Shown piece after piece: positions 61,001-64,000 of a stretch of DNA of 64,000 nucleotides. Below the pieces are notes generated by a model that saw nothing but the letters and a program-made list of their open reading frames with translations, had not been told where the DNA came from and did not search any database. Source of the stretch: Candidatus Sulfotelmatobacter sp. (GTDB lineage: Bacteria > Eisenbacteria > RBG-16-71-46); the NCBI GenBank assembly GCA_035498555.1, contig DATKAB010000081.1, forward strand, positions 28,239 to 92,238, read 5' to 3'. The position numbers were made by a program, and so were the translations under genes. How positions within the stretch are numbered: position 1 is the stretch's first letter; the number at the start of each line of letters is the position of its first letter.

Positions 61001-62309
61001 CGAGCAGCGCGAAATGGGGCGAGAAGCTCGGGTAGTACTCGGAGCCCACGTCCTGCTCCAGGTGAAGTCGAGTCAGCGACGTGGTGGGACGGTTCTCGGT
61101 TCCATTGTTGACCAGGGTCACTCCCTGCAGGCGGATCCGCTGCGGCGAGCCCGGAAACGCCGGCTCGGCGTAAGGCAGGTCGGGCCGGCCGTAGGAGAGA
61201 TACACGTAGGAGTGCAGGTCGTAGGGGTTGTAGGCGAACACCGAGTCGGCGGCGGTCGGGTCGTAGAGATTGGCCCAGTCCTGCGGCCCGAGGGCGTAGA
61301 AGTAAATGGCGTCGGCGTTCACGCTCATGCGGCCGTCGCCGCCCGCATCCTCGACACCAAAGGCGATCTCGCGATAGTCACAGGTGTCACAGGGTGTGTT
61401 CTCGGGCAGCACCGGGAGTCCGGGCCAGCCGAACAGGCGCACGTTTCCAAACGCCACGCTCACGCTGTCGGTAAAGGGCACCAGGGTCTTGATCTGGCTG
61501 AAGCTCACGCGATAGAAGCCGGTCTGCGGAATCGCGATCTTGAGCCAGCGGTGCCCCGCGAACACGCTCGAGCTGTCGAGGGTGGCGCTCTGGATTCCGG
61601 CGCCGAGCCCGAGCAGCGAGCCCACGCCGGCGCGCGCGGAGATCGCCGGCCGCCGCCAGCCCTTTCCCTGCTCGTAGTTGACGAGCGCCGAGCGATACAC
61701 GCTCTCGAAGGGGTCGGAACGCTCGGCCGGGCTCGAGACCGGCGCCGAGGGCGTCACGTCCACTTCCACTTCGATCCGGCTCCAGGTCGTCAGCCGGCCT
61801 GCGCGCGGCTGGTAGTCGACCGGCAGTACGGCAATGCTCGCCACCCGCTGATTGCGAAGCCACGACACGCCCACCAGACGCGCGCGCTCCGGCGCGGCAG
61901 AAGCCGGCGACTCGTAGGCCGAGCGATCCCGCCGGTACTCGAGGATGGGCTCGGCGCCGGGGCGCGAGGCGCCACCCGGCGCAACCGGAACCGGCTCGAG
62001 CACCACCCCCGATTGGCTGGCCTCGCCGCTCCCGAACCCGCGCACCGTCACCCCCCCGGTCGGCGGCACCGCCACCTGAACGATGCGCGCGGGGATGGCG
62101 GGCGCGCCCGGCAGGCCATTGCGGCCCCAGCCCGGAATCACCGGGATCATGGAGCCGGGGCTGTTGGAGGAGGGGATCAGTTGAACCGGCTCGAGCGCGA
62201 CGCCGAAGCGGATGGTGCCCGGTCCCGCGGAGAGCAGGTCCACGCCTTCGGGCCCGGCCTCTGCGCCGGCCGCGAAGCTGGCGGCGAGCAGCAGCAGCGC
62301 GAGCGGCAT
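58014..62309 (-). CDS. porU: PorU-like gingipain-family (C25) peptidase with FlgD-Ig / T9SS C-terminal domain
   Basis: I start at ATG 62309 (MPLALLLLAASFAAGAEA), 1431 aa; the track start is 62477. C25 landmarks: ISAVYDQFSGGRTDPDAIRNFLRFAFFNW......FVTLLGDASFD. Catalytic His in NFIGHGSP (codon 59547-59549) and Cys in FIAASCDVGKF (codon 59445-59447). CTD: LFPNPTE...VLVKIFTVSGRLIRELE....WNGLDAEGGPLANGTYLFKVYV. Confidence 0.7.
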   Translation of the reverse strand: MPLALLLLAASFAAGAEAGPEGVDLLSAGPGTIRFGVALEPVQLIPSSNSPGSMIPVIPGWGRNGLPGAPAIPARIVQVAVPPTGGVTVRGFGSGEASQSGVVLEPVPVAPGGASRPGAEPILEYRRDRSAYESPASAAPERARLVGVSWLRNQRVASIAVLPVDYQPRAGRLTTWSRIEVEVDVTPSAPVSSPAERSDPFESVYRSALVNYEQGKGWRRPAISARAGVGSLLGLGAGIQSATLDSSSVFAGHRWLKIAIPQTGFYRVSFSQIKTLVPFTDSVSVAFGNVRLFGWPGLPVLPENTPCDTCDYREIAFGVEDAGGDGRMSVNADAIYFYALGPQDWANLYDPTAADSVFAYNPYDLHSYVYLSYGRPDLPYAEPAFPGSPQRIRLQGVTLVNNGTENRPTTSLTRLHLEQDVGSEYYPSFSPHFALLDPTLYWDKFFWRTMTTGANFAVQVRLPGIDPTLPAQVRARSWGVQVDQPGPCGLYPQHLLSLAAGNDSTQVSFTDLRPVTARIFPLLDTLDVIRLQVPNLTCSGNRIDQSALSFIEVKYRRQFMPDGDQLSFESPGNGNAIYQIGPFDTAAPPRLFDVTDPFSPVELIGFDYSLVSGQTSQWTLSFEVVETGPRRYAMLPSASFAKPSANDITEASDESRFNLRSSNQQADYLLIYYDGFKQAADSLLNWRRVRLPLPGNPGPYDVRSVPISAVYDQFSGGRTDPDAIRNFLRFAFFNWRPGGHSPPAFVTLLGDASFDFKNLLGLALPGQPGCLMPAFENNYTSPSQFASDDWLMNVDTIGTTTVLPDFFAGRIPADDPGSALDYLQKKLFFYERSAPTGTFRNRVMLIADDDQQGESPDYLEWTHLRQTAVLDTVYTPDHFDRVYVYLHTYPDGPGRTKPGAKADIKNNINGEGVAIFNFIGHGSPFKLSDENVLIDTDAGSFTNSTRLPLFIAASCDVGKFNDPRVQSLGERLLMSPTGGSVGVISATELAYSDFNVDLAYRLYTLLYSRDATTGQYQEGVVPALLSAKLQTSSDLIQMQNNEKYGLMGDAALRLDLPKLWVDVGLYDATGTTPVTQIHGGDAILFKGRVLDRPGGSAVGYSGVGDLLIEDSQPRPTSPACVYDSLCARTQYDFKAGAIFRGSVLVSGGVFQGKFIVPLEALGGPRGKVRAYLAGLAGTRGIPDAVGSIRMQISPGSIPAGDQAGPSIALSFPGGATSVRPDATLNVDLSDPSGILTTGHTLQNGIIVTVDNNTTQRSDITSTFRYAAGSYSTGTAQFQLPNLSPGSHTVSVSAADNLAAGLTAFEHRSSSSLSFQVASAPPVVINRAYLFPNPTESGRLTSGGEFVIVGPGDSVNVLVKIFTVSGRLIRELESFGDFGQVQIPWNGLDAEGGPLANGTYLFKVYVNGRDDQGRSSAQRKASAEGRFVILNR

Positions 62310-62353
62310 CAGCCGCCCGCGGTGCAGGTGAGAGGTTTCCGAACGACCTGGGA

Positions 62354-62521
62354 TCAGATCTTCTCCGCTTCGTCCACCAGCATCACCGGGATGTCGTCCA
62401 CCACGCGATACCGAAGCCGGCAGCGCGGGCAGGTCAGCGACGGCGCGGACGCGTCGTAGTCGAGATCCCCCTTGCATGCGGGGCAGACCAGAATGCGGAG
62501 CAGGTCAGGGCTCAGCGCCAT
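62354..62521 (-). CDS. Trm112/YcaR-family small zinc-ribbon protein
   Basis: 55 aa. MALSPDLLRILVCPACKGDLDYDASAPSLTCPRCRLRYRVVDDIPVMLVDEAEKI (CPxC...CPxC, IPVML.DEA). It is only the tail of the 539-aa track ORF. Confidence 0.8.
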   Translation of the reverse strand: MALSPDLLRILVCPACKGDLDYDASAPSLTCPRCRLRYRVVDDIPVMLVDEAEKI

Positions 62522-62628
62522 CGATGTCCTCGGGATGGGGTCGGAAGAGTAAGGGCGGGGGCCGGGGAGACCCTGCCAAAGTGACGCGGCCCTTCGATGA
62601 TGGGGGCTCTCCCCCGAGATTTCAAGCC

Positions 62629-63591
62629 TCAGGCCTGGGTTTCCACGAATACGCCCATGCGCCGGAATTTCTCTCGACGCCCGCGGATTCGCTGTTCGGG
62701 TGTTACCCCGCTCAGGGTCGCGAGGTGCCCGGAAACCGCCGCCTTGAGCGTCGCGGCGGCCGCGTCGGGGTCGCGATGCGCCCCGCCCACCGGCTCGGGC
62801 AGCACTCCATCCACGATGCCCAGCGACTCGAGGCGATCGGCGGTCAGCTTCAGGGCCTCGGCCGCCTGCGGCGCCTGCTTGCCGTCGCGCCACAGGATCG
62901 AGGCGCAGCCCTCGGGCGAAATCACCGAGTAGACCGAGTTCTCGAACATCAGCACCACGTCCGCCACTGCGATGGCCAGGGCGCCACCCGACCCGCCCTC
63001 GCCGATCACCACCGTGACGATCGGGACGCCGAGTTTCGCCATCTCGCGCAGATTGAAGGCGATCGCCTCCGCCTGACCGCGCTCCTCCGCGCCCAGGCCG
63101 GGATAGGCGCCGGCGGTGTCCACCAGGGTCAGGATCGGGACCCGGAAGCGATCGGCGAGCTGCATCAGGCGGAGCGCCTTCCGGTAGCCCTCGGGATTGG
63201 GCATGCCGAAGCGGCGCATCAGATTTTCCTTGGTGTCCCGGCCCTTCTGTTGGCCGATCACCATCAGCGGCCGGCCGTCGAGGCGCGCGAGACCGGCCAC
63301 GATCGCCGGATCGTCGGCGAAGTGGCGGTCGCCGTGGAGTTCGGTCCAGTCGGTCAGGCACTTCTGAACGTAGTCCAGCGAGTACGGCCGGCGCGGATGC
63401 CGCGCGAGCTGGACGCGCTGATAGGCGGTGAGCTTCGCGTACACCTCGCGGCGCAGGCTGTCGGCCTTGAGCTCGAGGTCGCGCAACTCGTCCTGGACCT
63501 CGAGACCCTTGGCGGTGGCCTCGGCCCGCAGCTCCTGGATCTTCTGCTCCAGCTCGATCACCGGCTTCTCGAAGTCGAGCCAGGTGGTCAC
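62629..63591 (-). CDS. accA: acetyl-CoA carboxylase carboxyltransferase alpha subunit
   Basis: GTG 63591 (GTGA overlap with the dnaE stop). TTWLDFEKPVIELEQKIQEL..., ARHPRRPY.LDY, TLVDTAGAYPGLGAEERGQAEAIA, VIGEGGSGGALA. Confidence 0.9.
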   Translation of the reverse strand: MTTWLDFEKPVIELEQKIQELRAEATAKGLEVQDELRDLELKADSLRREVYAKLTAYQRVQLARHPRRPYSLDYVQKCLTDWTELHGDRHFADDPAIVAGLARLDGRPLMVIGQQKGRDTKENLMRRFGMPNPEGYRKALRLMQLADRFRVPILTLVDTAGAYPGLGAEERGQAEAIAFNLREMAKLGVPIVTVVIGEGGSGGALAIAVADVVLMFENSVYSVISPEGCASILWRDGKQAPQAAEALKLTADRLESLGIVDGVLPEPVGGAHRDPDAAAATLKAAVSGHLATLSGVTPEQRIRGRREKFRRMGVFVETQA

Positions 63592-64000
63592 GGTGCCCCC
63601 CTGCGGAAGGCGACTCGCACGAACGGAAACTTCTCGCGCAACACCCTGGCGACCGCGCCGTCTTCGGTGACGCGATAGCGCCTCGAACGGCTCGCCTTGC
63701 GCGAGTGATCCGGCATGACGATGTGCAGGTAGACCTCGGCCTCGCCGGGATGCGACGACAATACCGTATCCACTTCCTCCAGCCACTGGAGCGAGAGATC
63801 CTCCGAGCGCACCTCGACGTGCAGACTCGAGCGGAATTGCCGCAGCGCGTCCTCGAGCGGCAACACCTGGGCCGCGAGCAGCTTGATGCCGCGGTCTTCG
63901 CGCACCTCGATGCGCCCCGAGACGCTGACCAGCCGCTCGGGCGCGAGCAACGGCCGCGCGACGTCGTAGACATCGGGGAACAGCGTGCACTCGATCCGGC
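63588..64000 (-). CDS. dnaE: DNA polymerase III alpha subunit, C-terminal end (gene continues past the right edge)
   Basis: The frame is open to the window edge. ...IECTLFPDVYDVARPLLAPERLVSVSGRIEVREDRGIKLLAAQVLPLEDA... is the OB-fold/C-terminal region of DnaE. The conserved dnaE-accA adjacency supports the call. Confidence 0.8.
   Translation of the reverse strand, partial: RIECTLFPDVYDVARPLLAPERLVSVSGRIEVREDRGIKLLAAQVLPLEDALRQFRSSLHVEVRSEDLSLQWLEEVDTVLSSHPGEAEVYLHIVMPDHSRKASRSRRYRVTEDGAVARVLREKFPFVRVAFRRGAP

Noticed and set aside
62354-63973. 539-aa - strand ORF, plus the 453-aa ORF at 62629-63990.
   Set aside because: These frames run through accA and dnaE. Only the last 55 codons (Trm112-like) and the last 320 codons (AccA from GTG 63591) have recognisable sequence. 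The rest is Arg-rich shadow.

Overview
64-kb chromosomal window from a very GC-rich (about 70% G+C by eye) diderm bacterium. I saw no rRNA, CRISPR array, transposase or integrase. I call 2 tRNAs and about 57 protein genes. Only two genes (2990-5006) lie on the + strand. From 5003 to the right edge everything is read on the - strand, and about 19 gene junctions overlap (ATGA/GTGA/TGATG or longer). Blocks, left to right: (i) phosphohexomutase fragment, tRNA-Thr(CGT), tRNA-Phe(GAA), GAF histidine kinase, DUF3467 protein, GH57 glucan enzyme. (ii) A housekeeping run: thioesterase, lipid-A-type acyltransferase, dprA, HEAT protein, obg, a degenerate aconitase-like protein, FmdB zinc ribbon, pta, coaD, rsmD, a LolA/LolB-like pair, aroK. 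(iii) A Myxococcus-style type IVa pilus locus: comEA, pilB-pilT-pilC-pilS-pilR, two tandem pilins each behind a -24/-12 sigma-54 promoter, an ABC transporter plus TPR-like protein, and pilMNOPQ next to aroK. (iv) An OM barrel, a membrane protein, a PHP phosphoesterase and a TPR protein. (v) A hutH-hutU-hutI-ftcD histidine-utilisation operon and dinG. (vi) The most interesting part is a ~16.6-kb co-directional, partly translationally coupled envelope operon (62309 down to 45744). It encodes a PorU-like C25 peptidase with a T9SS C-terminal domain, a PorV-like barrel, an M6/FG-GAP metalloprotease with a T9SS CTD, two paralogous DUF5683-like proteins, an NHL propeller, a 1128-aa orphan beta-barrel and a TamA/TpsB-sized Omp85 protein. 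(vii) Trm112-like protein, accA and the dnaE 3' end. All functional calls come from my own reading of the translated ORFs, with motifs quoted. No database search or computation was run, so family names are recognition-level hypotheses.
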